NCBI GenBank assembly: GCA_038924245.1
Contig: JBCKVB010000002.1
Coordinates: 531 to 64,530 of the forward strand
Origin: Gammaproteobacteria bacterium
Lineage (GTDB): Bacteria; Pseudomonadota; Gammaproteobacteria; SURF-13
Direction of reading: 5' to 3'
DNA: 64,000 bases
The position numbers and the translations under genes are program-made. The first letter of the stretch is position 1, and every line of letters starts with the position of its first letter. Under the pieces are notes generated by a model. That model had not been told where the DNA came from. It worked only from the letters and a program-made list of their open reading frames with translations, and did no database searches. This document shows, piece by piece, positions 47,791 to 58,335 of the stretch.

Positions 47791-48582
47791 TCACGCGTGC
47801 GCCGCACAGGGAGGTGCCAGTGTCGCGGGAGGCAGGACGCCGGGAGCGACCAGTCGCTCTGCAATAGCTTCGCCGTCCCCGATGGGCGGTTCGTCACCGT
47901 CTTTTAAAGTGTATCCCAAGCATACGCCAATCTGCTCGGCGAGTTTATCTCCAATCTCGGAAAGCTTCGCCGTGATTCCCAGGCTGCGCATATCGGTTAC
48001 GTGCAGGTCGGCATGACCACACGGGTGGATACGTGTAAACGGCTCCAAGTCCATCGCCACATTGAGGCTCACGCCGTGATAGCTACAGCCTTGCCGAACG
48101 CGCAGCCCCAGGGCCGCAATCTTCGCGCCGTTGACATAAACGCCTGGCGCCTCACGGCGAGCCTCACCCGGTACGCTGTAGTCCGCAAGCAGCTCGATCA
48201 CGGACTGTTCCAATGCGTTCACCAACTGGCGCACGCCGAGGCCGCGCCGCCGCAAGTCGAGCAGCACGTAGCACACGAGCTGGCCGGGGCCATGATAAGT
48301 CACTTGTCCGCCGCGGTCGGCGTGAATCACGGGAATGTCTCGCGGCGGTCGCTCCCGGCGTCCTGCCTCCCGCGACACTAGCACGTCCCTGTGCGGCGCA
48401 GGCACGTGTTCACGCTTTGCGTTGAGACCAAGGGTATATACCGGCGGATGTTCTACCAGCCAGATTTCATCGGGTGTGGAGTTTGTGCGCGCCGCGCTGA
48501 ACTCGCGCATCGCCTCCCACACCGGCAGGTAGTCACGCAAGCCGAGTTCACGCACGATGATATCGGTGTGTGCGTTAGACAT
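47791..48582 (-). CDS. lipB: Octanoyltransferase LipB, carrying two element insertions
   Basis: 263 aa (about 50 aa longer than usual). WLVEHPPVYTLG and ADRGGQVTYHGPGQ motifs. One internal insert (E7) and one C-terminal insert (E6). Confidence 0.88.
   Translation of the reverse strand: MSNAHTDIIVRELGLRDYLPVWEAMREFSAARTNSTPDEIWLVEHPPVYTLGLNAKREHVPAPHRDVLVSREAGRRERPPRDIPVIHADRGGQVTYHGPGQLVCYVLLDLRRRGLGVRQLVNALEQSVIELLADYSVPGEARREAPGVYVNGAKIAALGLRVRQGCSYHGVSLNVAMDLEPFTRIHPCGHADLHVTDMRSLGITAKLSEIGDKLAEQIGVCLGYTLKDGDEPPIGDGEAIAERLVAPGVLPPATLAPPCAAHA
47799..47851 (-). repeat. Intragenic palindromic element E6 (subfamily II) in the last ~20 codons of lipB
   Basis: The minus strand reads GGTCGCTCCCGGCGTCCTGCCTCCCGCGACACTGGCACCTCCCTGTGCGGCGC, translated [17 protein letters not shown]. 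Confidence 0.88.
48347..48399 (+). repeat. Intragenic palindromic element E7 (subfamily II) inside lipB
   Basis: GGTCGCTCCCGGCGTCCTGCCTCCCGCGACACTAGCACGTCCCTGTGCGGCGC. 51 of 53 bases are identical to E6, in inverted orientation. Confidence 0.9.
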
Positions 48583-49453
48583 GGCTGCCGCTGCGCAGCT
48601 TGTGCTTATAGTCTTGAAACAGCGCGGTCATGCGCCGCCACATCGGGCCGGGCTTGCCGCCGCCGACCGATGCGTCATCGAGTTTGGTCACCGGCATGAT
48701 CTCCTTGGTGGAGCTGGTGAGCCAGATTTCATCCGCCTGGCGCAAGGCGCTCTCGCTGACTGACGCTTCGCGCCAGGCGATGCCGTTTTGCGCCGCCAGT
48801 TCCAGTATCAGGTCGCGCGTGATGCCGGGCAGCAGCAGCGGGCCTTTGGGCGGCGTGATAAGGATATTATTTTTCACGATAAATAAATTACTCGCCGCGC
48901 CTTCGGTGACTTCGCCGCCGCGTACCAGAATGGCCTCTACCGCGCCCTTATCCACCGCTTCCTGGCGCAGCAGGATATTCGGCAGCAAGGTGATGGCCTT
49001 GATGTGACAATACTTCCAGCGGATGTCGTCCAGGGTGACGGCCGCGATGCCGTGCGTGGCATAGCTGTCCGGAATCGGCGGCAGCGGGTTACTCATGGCG
49101 AATACAGTCGGCGTCACGTCCTTGGGAAAGGCGTGGTCGCGCTTGGCCACGCCACGCGTGACTTGCAGATAAATATATTGATCGGGATTTCCGTTGGCGG
49201 CGTTTTTGCCGATTAACTCCACGAGTACCTTTTCCCATGCCGCGTGCGTCAGCGGGTTGGCGATGCGCACGCCACCGAGGCTGTGATCGAGGCGGGCAAG
49301 ATGTTGCGCGAGGCGGAATAATCGTCCGCCATAGGCGGGGATCACTTCGTACACGCCGTCGCCGAAGATAAAGCCACGGTCCAGCACCGGCACAAAGGCC
49401 TGGTCGAGCGGCAGGAACGCGCCGTTCAGATAGACGATGGGCGAGCCGGACAT
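48575..49453 (-). CDS. Class IV aminotransferase (D-amino-acid / branched-chain type)
   Basis: 292 aa. DRGFIFGDGVYEV motif typical of fold-type IV PLP enzymes. Confidence 0.8.
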   Translation of the reverse strand: MSGSPIVYLNGAFLPLDQAFVPVLDRGFIFGDGVYEVIPAYGGRLFRLAQHLARLDHSLGGVRIANPLTHAAWEKVLVELIGKNAANGNPDQYIYLQVTRGVAKRDHAFPKDVTPTVFAMSNPLPPIPDSYATHGIAAVTLDDIRWKYCHIKAITLLPNILLRQEAVDKGAVEAILVRGGEVTEGAASNLFIVKNNILITPPKGPLLLPGITRDLILELAAQNGIAWREASVSESALRQADEIWLTSSTKEIMPVTKLDDASVGGGKPGPMWRRMTALFQDYKHKLRSGSHV

Positions 49454-49466
49454 GTATCTGTGGTGG

Positions 49467-50651
49467 TTAATTAAGCCAACGATTGATCCAGAGCCGGATA
49501 CTGTCCACCAGGCGCCGCCACCAGCCGCCTTGCTCGACGGCTTGCAGCGCGATCAGCGGCTGTTCGGCCACGACTTCATCGCCCAGGGTGATTTTCACCG
49601 TACCGTATTTTGCCTCCTTTGCGGCGGGCGCGATGATGATCTTGTCCATCTCTATCAAAGCCTTGAGTAGTCCGTATTGGCCGCGCGGGATGGTGACATA
49701 CAGGTCTTCACTCAGGCCCAGCTTTAATTCGTTGCTTGCGCCTTTCCAGATGGTGGTGGTTTTGAGCGGCTGCGCGGCGCTGTACAGGCGTTGGGTTTCA
49801 AAAAACCGGAAACCGTAATTGAGCAGTTCCTGGCTCTGATCGGCGCGCTCCTTCTCGTTTGTGGCGCCAAGCACCGCGGCGATCAGGCGCATGTTGTCGC
49901 GCAGCGCGGAGGAAACCAGACAGAAGCCCGCGCTTTCGGTGTGTCCGGTCTTGACGCCGTCGGCCCCGATATCGCGCCATAACAGCAAGTTGCGGTTGTA
50001 TTGCTTGATGTTGTTGTAGCTGAATTCCTTGATGGCGTAGTATTTGTAGTAATCTGGGAAGTCCCTGATCAGCGCGCGCGCGAGCAGAGTGATGTCACGC
50101 GCCGTGATGTAAAGCTCCGGGTCGGGCAGGCCGGTGCTGTTGGTGAAATGACTGTTTTTCATGCCCAGCAGTTGCGCGGTTTGATTCATCAGCGCGACGA
50201 AGGTGGTTTCGCCGCCCGCGGTATGCTCGGCCAGCGCGATGGTGGCGTCGTTGCCGGACTGTACGATCATGCCCTTGAGCAGGTCATCCACGCTCACCTG
50301 GGTGCCCACCTGCACGAACATGCGCGAGCCTTCGCTCTTCCAGGCCTTTTTGCTGATGGTCACATGGTCGCTGAGCTTGATCTTGCCGGAGGCCAGAGCC
50401 TGAAACACGGTGTAGGCGGTGAGCAGCTTGGTGAGACTGGCCGGTTCCATGCGCTCGTCGGCCTTTTGCTCCGCGAGTACCTTGCCGCTGTGAAAGTCGA
50501 GCAGGATGTAGGCGCGCGCGGGCAGCAACGGCGCCGCGGGGGCGGGCCGTAAAGCGGGCGCGGCGGGTATGGCCGCGGGAGCGGTCGCCGATAGGGCGCT
50601 GAAGGCGAGCAAAACGGTGCACAGCAAGGCTTTCATAGAAGAAGTGTCCAT
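49467..50651 (-). CDS. dacA: D-alanyl-D-alanine carboxypeptidase (PBP5/6 family)
   Basis: 394 aa. Signal peptide; SLTK (SxxK), SGN and KTG motifs. Confidence 0.88.
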   Translation of the reverse strand: MDTSSMKALLCTVLLAFSALSATAPAAIPAAPALRPAPAAPLLPARAYILLDFHSGKVLAEQKADERMEPASLTKLLTAYTVFQALASGKIKLSDHVTISKKAWKSEGSRMFVQVGTQVSVDDLLKGMIVQSGNDATIALAEHTAGGETTFVALMNQTAQLLGMKNSHFTNSTGLPDPELYITARDITLLARALIRDFPDYYKYYAIKEFSYNNIKQYNRNLLLWRDIGADGVKTGHTESAGFCLVSSALRDNMRLIAAVLGATNEKERADQSQELLNYGFRFFETQRLYSAAQPLKTTTIWKGASNELKLGLSEDLYVTIPRGQYGLLKALIEMDKIIIAPAAKEAKYGTVKITLGDEVVAEQPLIALQAVEQGGWWRRLVDSIRLWINRWLN

Positions 50652-50690
50652 GTTATTTAAGGTTTGTGGGTCAATCTACAGGTTTGCGGG

Positions 50691-51482
50691 TCAATCCACC
50701 ACGATGCGTGCGCCGTTTATGCCGGAACGCGTGAGGGTTTTGGTTAGGCGGCCGGCGTCGTCCAGGTTCGCCATCGGGCCGATACGCACCCGGTACAAGA
50801 CGGTGTCATTGAGACGGGTTTTGATGATTTCAATCTCATCCACGATCTTGTCGAGCAACTGCGTGCGCAGGCGTTCGGCGTTGTCCAGACTCTGGAAGGC
50901 GCCCGCCTGGATATAAAGCTTCGTTGCAGGCGAAGTTTCTTCCGGCGCATCCGGACTGAGCGCGCGCACCTCTACCAGTCCGGTGCCGTGATCGAGAATA
51001 CCGAGCTTGGTGGCGGCGGCGTAGGAGAGATCAATCAGACGATTGTCTATGAACGGTCCACGGTCATTGACGCGCACGATGAGCGAGCGGCCGTTTTGTA
51101 AATTGGTCACGCGCACATAGCTCGGTAGCGGCAGGGTCTTGTGCGCGGCGCTCATGGCGTACATGTCGTAAGGTTCGCCGCTGGAGGTGCGCCTACCGTG
51201 AAATTTGGTGCCGTACCAGGAGGCGGTGCCGCGCTCCACGTAACCCGCGCTGCTGGTCAGCGTGCGGTAGGTTTGTCCATTCACCGTGTAAGAAGGAGGA
51301 TTGCCGTATTTGCCGAGAGGTTCAACACGCGGCGTCGGTTCGGGAATGGAGGCGACGTCGAGCGGCGCGGAAGGCGCCGCGTCGCCCTTGCCGAAACCGC
51401 TGTCGCTGGGTAGCGAGGTAGTGGTTTTGGGCGCGGTGCTACAGGCGTTGAGCATGACAACGAGCAGTAGTAGGGTGGGCAC
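50691..51482 (-). CDS. rlpA: Septal ring lytic transglycosylase RlpA (DPBB + SPOR)
   Basis: Lipobox ...VVMLNAC from GTG 51482 (the track ORF runs to 51584 through repeat sequence). GTASWYG...FHGRRTSSGE...VRVNDRGPF, plus a C-terminal SPOR domain. Confidence 0.85.
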   Translation of the reverse strand: MPTLLLLVVMLNACSTAPKTTTSLPSDSGFGKGDAAPSAPLDVASIPEPTPRVEPLGKYGNPPSYTVNGQTYRTLTSSAGYVERGTASWYGTKFHGRRTSSGEPYDMYAMSAAHKTLPLPSYVRVTNLQNGRSLIVRVNDRGPFIDNRLIDLSYAAATKLGILDHGTGLVEVRALSPDAPEETSPATKLYIQAGAFQSLDNAERLRTQLLDKIVDEIEIIKTRLNDTVLYRVRIGPMANLDDAGRLTKTLTRSGINGARIVVD

Positions 51483-51511
51483 GTTTTTGTGCCCACGCGT
51501 TTTGCCACCGC

Positions 51512-51575
51512 GTGGGCAGACGATAACCCTGTCTGTCCACCCTACCCACTTGCCACTTGCTACTTGCCTCTTGTG
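51512..51575. repeat. REP hairpin plus GCAAGT-heptad element (copy iii)
   Basis: GTGGGCAGACGATAACCCTGTCTGTCCACCCTAC followed by CCACTTGCCACTTGCTACTTGCCTCTTGTG. Confidence 0.7.
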
Positions 51576-51583
51576 ATCCATCA

Positions 51584-52579
51584 TTACTTTTGCGCCTTGA
51601 TCTCCTGGCTCAGTTGGTACACGGCCATGGCATACAGGAGGCTTCTATTATAACGTGTAATGACGTAAAAATTTTGCAGCCCCACCCAATGTTCCGCGCC
51701 AGACTCGGCCGCGAGCTCAAGCAGCAGGGCGGGTTCGATATCAAACAGCGGCTCGGCGACGCTCACGCCCAGGCGGCGCAGATCACCCAGGCTGTACTGC
51801 AATTGTATGCCGCTGCCGAGCAGGGCCTGGTACTGCTCACCGTTTACCTCGGCGCGCACGGCGACCGGCGCGTCTTTTTGCCAGCCGTGTTCGCTCAGGT
51901 AATGCGCCGCGCTGCCGATGGCGTCCGCGCTGCTGTTCCACAGGTCGCGGTGTCCGTCGTGGTCGAAATCCACCGCGAAGTGACGATAGCTGCTGGAGAT
52001 AAACTGCGCCTGCCCCATCGCCCCGGCATAAGAGCCTTTAACCGCGAGCGGATTGAGACGTTCTTCGCGCGCGAGGAGTAAATACTGCTCCAGTTCGGCG
52101 CGGAAAAAGGCCGCGCGCGGCGGGTAGTCAAAGGCGAGCGTGGTGAGCGCGTCCAGCACGCGGTATTTGCCCATATTTCCGCCGTAGCGCGTTTCCACGC
52201 CAATGATGGCCACGATGATCTCCGCGGGTACGCCATACACCTGCTGCGCGCGCGCGAGCGTTTCGGCGTTGGCCCGCCAAAATTCGACGCCGCCCGCAAT
52301 GCGCGCGCGGTTGACGAAGATCGGGCGGTATTCGTGCCAGGCCTTGCCCTCGGCGGGCGTGGTGATGGCGGCGATGATGTCCGGGCGCGGCTCCACGGCG
52401 TTGAACATGCGCACCAGCTCCGCGCCGTCAAAGGCGTGCCGCTGCTCCATTTCGCTGATGAAGGCGCGCACTTCGGCGCGTTCGCCCGCTGATGCCGGCG
52501 CTGATGTCGGCGCGGCCAGGGAAGGCGCGGCATAGGCGAGGCAGATCAACAGACAACATAAGACAGGGTTCATGGGCAT
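51584..52579 (-). CDS. mltB: Lytic murein transglycosylase B
   Basis: Starts MPMNPVLCCLLICLAYAAPSLA (ATG 52579). GVETRYG and GAMGQAQF motifs. The 501-aa track ORF is an upstream extension overlapping rodA. Confidence 0.88.
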   Translation of the reverse strand: MPMNPVLCCLLICLAYAAPSLAAPTSAPASAGERAEVRAFISEMEQRHAFDGAELVRMFNAVEPRPDIIAAITTPAEGKAWHEYRPIFVNRARIAGGVEFWRANAETLARAQQVYGVPAEIIVAIIGVETRYGGNMGKYRVLDALTTLAFDYPPRAAFFRAELEQYLLLAREERLNPLAVKGSYAGAMGQAQFISSSYRHFAVDFDHDGHRDLWNSSADAIGSAAHYLSEHGWQKDAPVAVRAEVNGEQYQALLGSGIQLQYSLGDLRRLGVSVAEPLFDIEPALLLELAAESGAEHWVGLQNFYVITRYNRSLLYAMAVYQLSQEIKAQK

Positions 52580-52581
52580 GG

Positions 52582-53697
52582 TCAGACCGGTTTTTTGGGG
52601 TGGGTGTGAATCGCCATGAGCATACCGAAAGAGGCCATCAGTGTCACGAGCGCGGTGCCGCCGTAACTGATGAGCGGCAACGGCACGCCTACCACCGGCA
52701 GCAGGCCGCTCACCATGCCGATATTGACGAAGATGTACAGTGAAAAACTCAGGATCAAACTGCCCGCCAACAGGCGCGTGAAATGATCCGGCGCGCACAG
52801 CGCGATGTACAGCCCGCGCGCGATCACCGCGATGAAGAGTATCAGCAGCAGCAGGATGCCGATCAGGCCGAACTCCTCGGCGTACACGGCGAAGACGAAG
52901 TCGGTGGTGCGCTCGGGGATAAAATCCAGATACGACTGCGTGCCGTTCAGCCAGCCCTTGCCGAACACGCCGCCGGAGCCGATGGCGATGGTGGACTGGG
53001 TGATGTGATAACCCGCGCCGAGCGGGTCGCTTTCCGGATTTATAAAGGTGAGCAGGCGCGTGCGCTGATAGTCGTGCATGAAATGCCACATGAACGGCGC
53101 GGCGATGGCGGCGAGCAACGCGCCGACGCCGACGATCCGCCAGCGGATGCCGGACAACAGCAGCACGAACAAACCCGATCCCAGGATTAATAACGCCGTG
53201 CCCAGATCAGGTTGTTCGGCGATCAGCGCCACCGGGATCAGAATCAGCGCGCCGCTCACCAGCAGCCGCTTGGCGCCGGGCGGCAAGCGCCGTTGGCCGA
53301 GATAGCGCGCCAACATGAGCGGCAGCGCCAGCTTCATCAACTCCGAGGGCTGAAAGCGGATTACGCCCAGATCGAGCCAGCGCTGCGCGCCCTTGGCATG
53401 GTCGCCAAACAGCAGCACGGCCACCAGCAGAGCTAAGGCGGCGCTATAAACCCAAGGTGCGGCCTCCTGTAAACGTTGCGGCGGCACTTGCGCGATCATC
53501 AGCATCAACCCAAAGCCGAGCGTCAGGCGCAGGGCGTGGCGCAGCAGCAGATCAGGGTCTTGCCCGCCGGCGCTGTAGAGTACCAGCAAGCCCACGGCGG
53601 ACAGGAGCAGCAGGCCCGTCAGCAGGGGAAGGTCCACGTGCAACTTTTGCGCGAGATTGCGCGCCGGGGTTCTATAGTCGGATTCCAGGGTGGTCAT
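52582..53697 (-). CDS. rodA: Peptidoglycan glycosyltransferase RodA (SEDS family)
   Basis: 371 aa, FtsW/RodA/SpoVE topology; follows mrdA. Confidence 0.93.
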   Translation of the reverse strand: MTTLESDYRTPARNLAQKLHVDLPLLTGLLLLSAVGLLVLYSAGGQDPDLLLRHALRLTLGFGLMLMIAQVPPQRLQEAAPWVYSAALALLVAVLLFGDHAKGAQRWLDLGVIRFQPSELMKLALPLMLARYLGQRRLPPGAKRLLVSGALILIPVALIAEQPDLGTALLILGSGLFVLLLSGIRWRIVGVGALLAAIAAPFMWHFMHDYQRTRLLTFINPESDPLGAGYHITQSTIAIGSGGVFGKGWLNGTQSYLDFIPERTTDFVFAVYAEEFGLIGILLLLILFIAVIARGLYIALCAPDHFTRLLAGSLILSFSLYIFVNIGMVSGLLPVVGVPLPLISYGGTALVTLMASFGMLMAIHTHPKKPV

Positions 53698-55556
53698 GGC
53701 GCAGGGGTGAGTAAATATTGATCCATGAGTTTGCGTGCGATGGGCGCCGCCGCGCCGCTGCCGCTGCCGCCGTTTTCTACGATTACCGCGAGCGCAATGC
53801 GCGGATTGTCCACCGGCGCGAAGGCGATGAACAGGGCGTGGTCGCGCAGGCGCGGCGCGACTTTATCCTTGTCGTATTTTTCATCCTGTTTCAGGCCGAA
53901 CACCTGCGCGGTGCCGGTTTTCCCGGCGATTTTGTAAGTCGCCCCCGCGCCGCTGCCGCGCGCCGTGCCGCGTTCACCGTGCATCACCTGGACCATGGCG
54001 TTGATAATAATATCCCAGCGGTCGCTCCTGGCGAGCTGAATGGTATTCAACGGCGCACTGGATCGCGCGACCTTATTGTGCGTGAGCGGGTCTTCGATGG
54101 CGGCGACGATGCGCGGCGCTATGCGTTTACCGCGATTGGCGAGCGCCGCGGTGACCACCGCCAGTTGCAGCGGAGTGGCCAGCATATAGCCCTGACCGAT
54201 GCCCGCGATGATGGTTTCGCCGGGGAACCAGGCTTCCTTGCGCGCACCGCGTTTCCATGCGCTGGACGGCAACAGGCCGGCAAGCTCGCCGGGCGCGTCC
54301 ATGGCGCTCTTCTGGCCGAAACCGAATTGCGCGAGGAAGTTGTGCAGGCGATCTATCCCCAGGCGCTGCGCGAGATCGTAAAAATACACGTCGCAGGACT
54401 CGCTGATGGCGCGCGTGATGTCCACCGCGCCATGGCCTTCGTGTCTCCAGTCGCGGTATTTGCGTTCATGGCCCGGCAACCGGAACCAACCCGGACAAAA
54501 GGTGCTGCGCTGCGCGTCGGTGACGCCAAGCTCCAGGCCGGCCAGAGCCACGAAGGGTTTGATGGTGGAGGCGGGCGGATACTGGCCGCGCAGGGCGCGG
54601 TTGTAGAGTGGTTGGCCGGACGAGTTTTGCAGCGCCTGATAATCCCTGGGCTCGATGCCGTTCACGAACAGATTGGGGTCGAAGCCTGGCTGGCTGACCA
54701 GCGCCAGCACCGCGCCAGTGCCGGGTTCCAGCGCCACCACCGCGCCGCTGTTATCGCCCAGCGCCTGTTCGGCGAGCTGTTGCAGGCGTATGTCCATATT
54801 GAGATGCAGGTTCCGGCCGGGTTGCGCCGGGGTGCGTTCCAGCACGCGCAGCCGGTGGCCCTGTGAGTTGGTCTCGATTTGCTCGAAACCCACTGTACCA
54901 TGCAGCACGTCTTCGTAGGTATGCTCGACGCCGGTCTTGCCGATGTGCGTGGTGCCGCTGTAGTTGGAATCGCCGAGCTGGTCGAGGTCGTCTTCGCTGA
55001 TGCGTCCCACGTAACCCACGGCGTGCGCCGTGCTCGCGCCGAGCGGATAGTCGCGCGTCACCCCCGCGACGATGTCCACTCCGGGAAACTGCGGGCGGTT
55101 CACCGCGAAACGCGCCAGTTCTTCCTCGCTCAGACGCAGCCGCAGCATCACGCCGTGCGTGGTGCGCTTTTGCTTGAGCAGGCGGCGGAAGCGCTTGATG
55201 TCGGCGGGGCTGATGGCGACGATCTGGTTCAGCGCGCGCAGCGTGGCCTCGATATCGTCCACCTGTTCGGGTATTACCTCCAGGCCAAACGTGGGCAGGT
55301 TGCGCGCCAGCAGCACGCCATTGCGGTCGTAGATCAGGCCGCGCGTGGGCGGGATCGCCACCACGCTGATGCGGTTGCTCTGCGCCAGGGTGAGATAGTG
55401 TTCCTGGTTGAGCACCTGCAGATAAATCAGGCGCGCCAGCAGCGCGAACATGAGCAGCAGCACCATGACCGCCGCCGCCAGCGTGCGATTCTGCAGCAGG
55501 CGGGTTTCGCGGATGTAATCGCGCAGCCGGTCGGATTCACTGATGCGCGCGTACAT
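53694..55556 (-). CDS. mrdA: Penicillin-binding protein 2 (elongasome transpeptidase)
   Basis: 620 aa. STIKP (SxxK) and KTGTAQ motifs. Confidence 0.93.
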   Translation of the reverse strand: MYARISESDRLRDYIRETRLLQNRTLAAAVMVLLLMFALLARLIYLQVLNQEHYLTLAQSNRISVVAIPPTRGLIYDRNGVLLARNLPTFGLEVIPEQVDDIEATLRALNQIVAISPADIKRFRRLLKQKRTTHGVMLRLRLSEEELARFAVNRPQFPGVDIVAGVTRDYPLGASTAHAVGYVGRISEDDLDQLGDSNYSGTTHIGKTGVEHTYEDVLHGTVGFEQIETNSQGHRLRVLERTPAQPGRNLHLNMDIRLQQLAEQALGDNSGAVVALEPGTGAVLALVSQPGFDPNLFVNGIEPRDYQALQNSSGQPLYNRALRGQYPPASTIKPFVALAGLELGVTDAQRSTFCPGWFRLPGHERKYRDWRHEGHGAVDITRAISESCDVYFYDLAQRLGIDRLHNFLAQFGFGQKSAMDAPGELAGLLPSSAWKRGARKEAWFPGETIIAGIGQGYMLATPLQLAVVTAALANRGKRIAPRIVAAIEDPLTHNKVARSSAPLNTIQLARSDRWDIIINAMVQVMHGERGTARGSGAGATYKIAGKTGTAQVFGLKQDEKYDKDKVAPRLRDHALFIAFAPVDNPRIALAVIVENGGSGSGAAAPIARKLMDQYLLTPAP

Positions 55557-55609
55557 GGTTAATCATAAGTGGTAAGATAGACTGGCGGCGGCGATTATAA
55601 CCCGTGGTG

Positions 55610-55727
55610 CGGTGCAGGGACGCACCGCCATTTTTTAAATGCGTTAAGCATTTAAAAAATGGAGAAAAGCAAAAATCGCATTTTTGCTTTTCGTGCTGAA
55701 AAAGAGCCAAGGAGGCCTTTTTCAGCA
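55610..55727 (-). repeat. Modular multi-hairpin element, copy C (C-rich loops on the minus strand) between mreD and mrdA
   Basis: The plus strand reads CGGTGC-AGGGAC-GCACCG; CCATTTTTTAAATGC-GTTAA-GCATTTAAAAAATGG; GAAAAGCAAAAAT-CGC-ATTTTTGCTTTTC; TGCTGAAAAAGAGCC-AAGGA-GGCCTTTTTCAGCA. Confidence 0.85.
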
Positions 55728-55730
55728 TAT

Positions 55731-56219
55731 TTAGGCGACGCGGTAACGGTGCCGTACATAACGCAGCGTGAGATACACCGTGGGCCAGATCAGCATGCTG
55801 GTGGGAGTGGCGAGCCAGTAACTCCAGCTCCACGGCGCCACCTGCGACATGCCTTTTACCCAAAAGCCGAGCATTTGATCGAAGAAAAGAATCAGCACCG
55901 CCACCGCCAGCGCTTGGTGCAAAAGAGGCAGTTGGCGGATGCCGAGATGGAGGTGCGTGGCGCTGTAGGCTATCAACGCAAAGCTCAGCGCGTGCTGGCC
56001 GAGCAGGGTGCCCTGCGCGGCGTCGAGCAACAGGCCCACCGCCCAGGCGCCGCCCACGCCGATGCTTCCGGGCAGTGCGAGACACCAGTAGATCAGGGTC
56101 ATGGCCATCCAGGCCGGCCGCGCGGCGGCCAGCGCATCGGGCAGCGGCAGCAGGGTCAGCAGCAGCGCCACTGCGAAGCTTGAGATGATGATCCACGGGT
56201 GGTGCGCCTTGCGTATCAT
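55731..56219 (-). CDS. mreD: Rod shape-determining protein MreD
   Basis: 162 aa polytopic membrane protein following mreC. Confidence 0.88.
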   Translation of the reverse strand: MIRKAHHPWIIISSFAVALLLTLLPLPDALAAARPAWMAMTLIYWCLALPGSIGVGGAWAVGLLLDAAQGTLLGQHALSFALIAYSATHLHLGIRQLPLLHQALAVAVLILFFDQMLGFWVKGMSQVAPWSWSYWLATPTSMLIWPTVYLTLRYVRHRYRVA

Positions 56220-57109
56220 GGCGCGCTCGCGGGAGCGCCCGTGTCAGCGCTTGCCGCCTCCTTGCTCTGTTCTGGCCAGAGCAATAGCACCTCGCGGTTG
56301 CGCTCCAGTCCCGCGCTGGGTTCGGCGCTCACCTCGGCGAACGGCTCGTTCGGGTCCAGTTTCACGCTCACCACCTTGCCCACCGGATAGTCCGCCGGGA
56401 AACGCCCGCCCAGACCTGAGCTTACCAGCAGGTCGCCCACTTGAATGTCCGCGTTGTTGGCGAGATAGGGCAGATCGAGGCGATTGGACGAGCCGCTGCC
56501 GAAGGCGATGCTGCGCAGGCCGTTACGCAGCACCTGCACCGGCAGCGCGTGCGTGGGGTCGGTAATCAGCAATGCGCTGCTGGTATAGGGTGCGGCGTGC
56601 ACCACCTGGCCCAGGATGCCGTGCGCATCCAGCAATGGCTGGCCGACGGTGACGCCATCACGCGTACCCTTGTTGAGCACTATTTGACGTTTAAAGGGGT
56701 CGAGGTCCACGGCGATGATTTCCGCCACCGAGGTGTGGCCGCCCACCTTTACCGATGACTGCAACAATTCGCGCAGGCGCCGGTTTTCCACCTCCAGCGT
56801 CTCATATCTTTGCATGCGCGCCATGAGCGCGAGGTTATCTTCCCGCAGGCGGCTGTTATCGTCCATTAAAGAGTTACGCGAGGCGAGGGCGTCGCTCAGC
56901 CAGGCGCCCGCGGCAAAGGGCAGGTTGACAAGATATTGCAGGGGTGAGATCAACAGCGACAAACCGGCGCGCAAAGGCTCCAGGTGCGCGCCGCGGTGAT
57001 CAACGGTCATCATGGCGACGGATAACAGTACCCATATCAACAGCCGCAGGGTGATGGAAGGCCCGCGCTGAAACAGGGGCTTCATCTGCTCTTCGAAGCG
57101 CTGTTTCAT
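56216..57109 (-). CDS. mreC: Rod shape-determining protein MreC
   Basis: 297 aa. N-terminal TM segment, coiled coil and beta-barrel domains; follows mreB. Confidence 0.9.
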   Translation of the reverse strand: MKQRFEEQMKPLFQRGPSITLRLLIWVLLSVAMMTVDHRGAHLEPLRAGLSLLISPLQYLVNLPFAAGAWLSDALASRNSLMDDNSRLREDNLALMARMQRYETLEVENRRLRELLQSSVKVGGHTSVAEIIAVDLDPFKRQIVLNKGTRDGVTVGQPLLDAHGILGQVVHAAPYTSSALLITDPTHALPVQVLRNGLRSIAFGSGSSNRLDLPYLANNADIQVGDLLVSSGLGGRFPADYPVGKVVSVKLDPNEPFAEVSAEPSAGLERNREVLLLWPEQSKEAASADTGAPASAP

Positions 57110-57179
57110 ATAACTAACCCGTTACCCGATATGGAGGGTGGAGTGAAGGGCACCTCTATAAATCTCCTGTCTGGCGGCG

Positions 57180-58262
<1,083 letters not shown>

Positions 58263-58335
58263 TTACCAATGCGGGGGACTTTGGGCAAGCGCCGAAGTAT
58301 GATAAGTTGCCTATTTTCACGGATCAGGGTGAACC

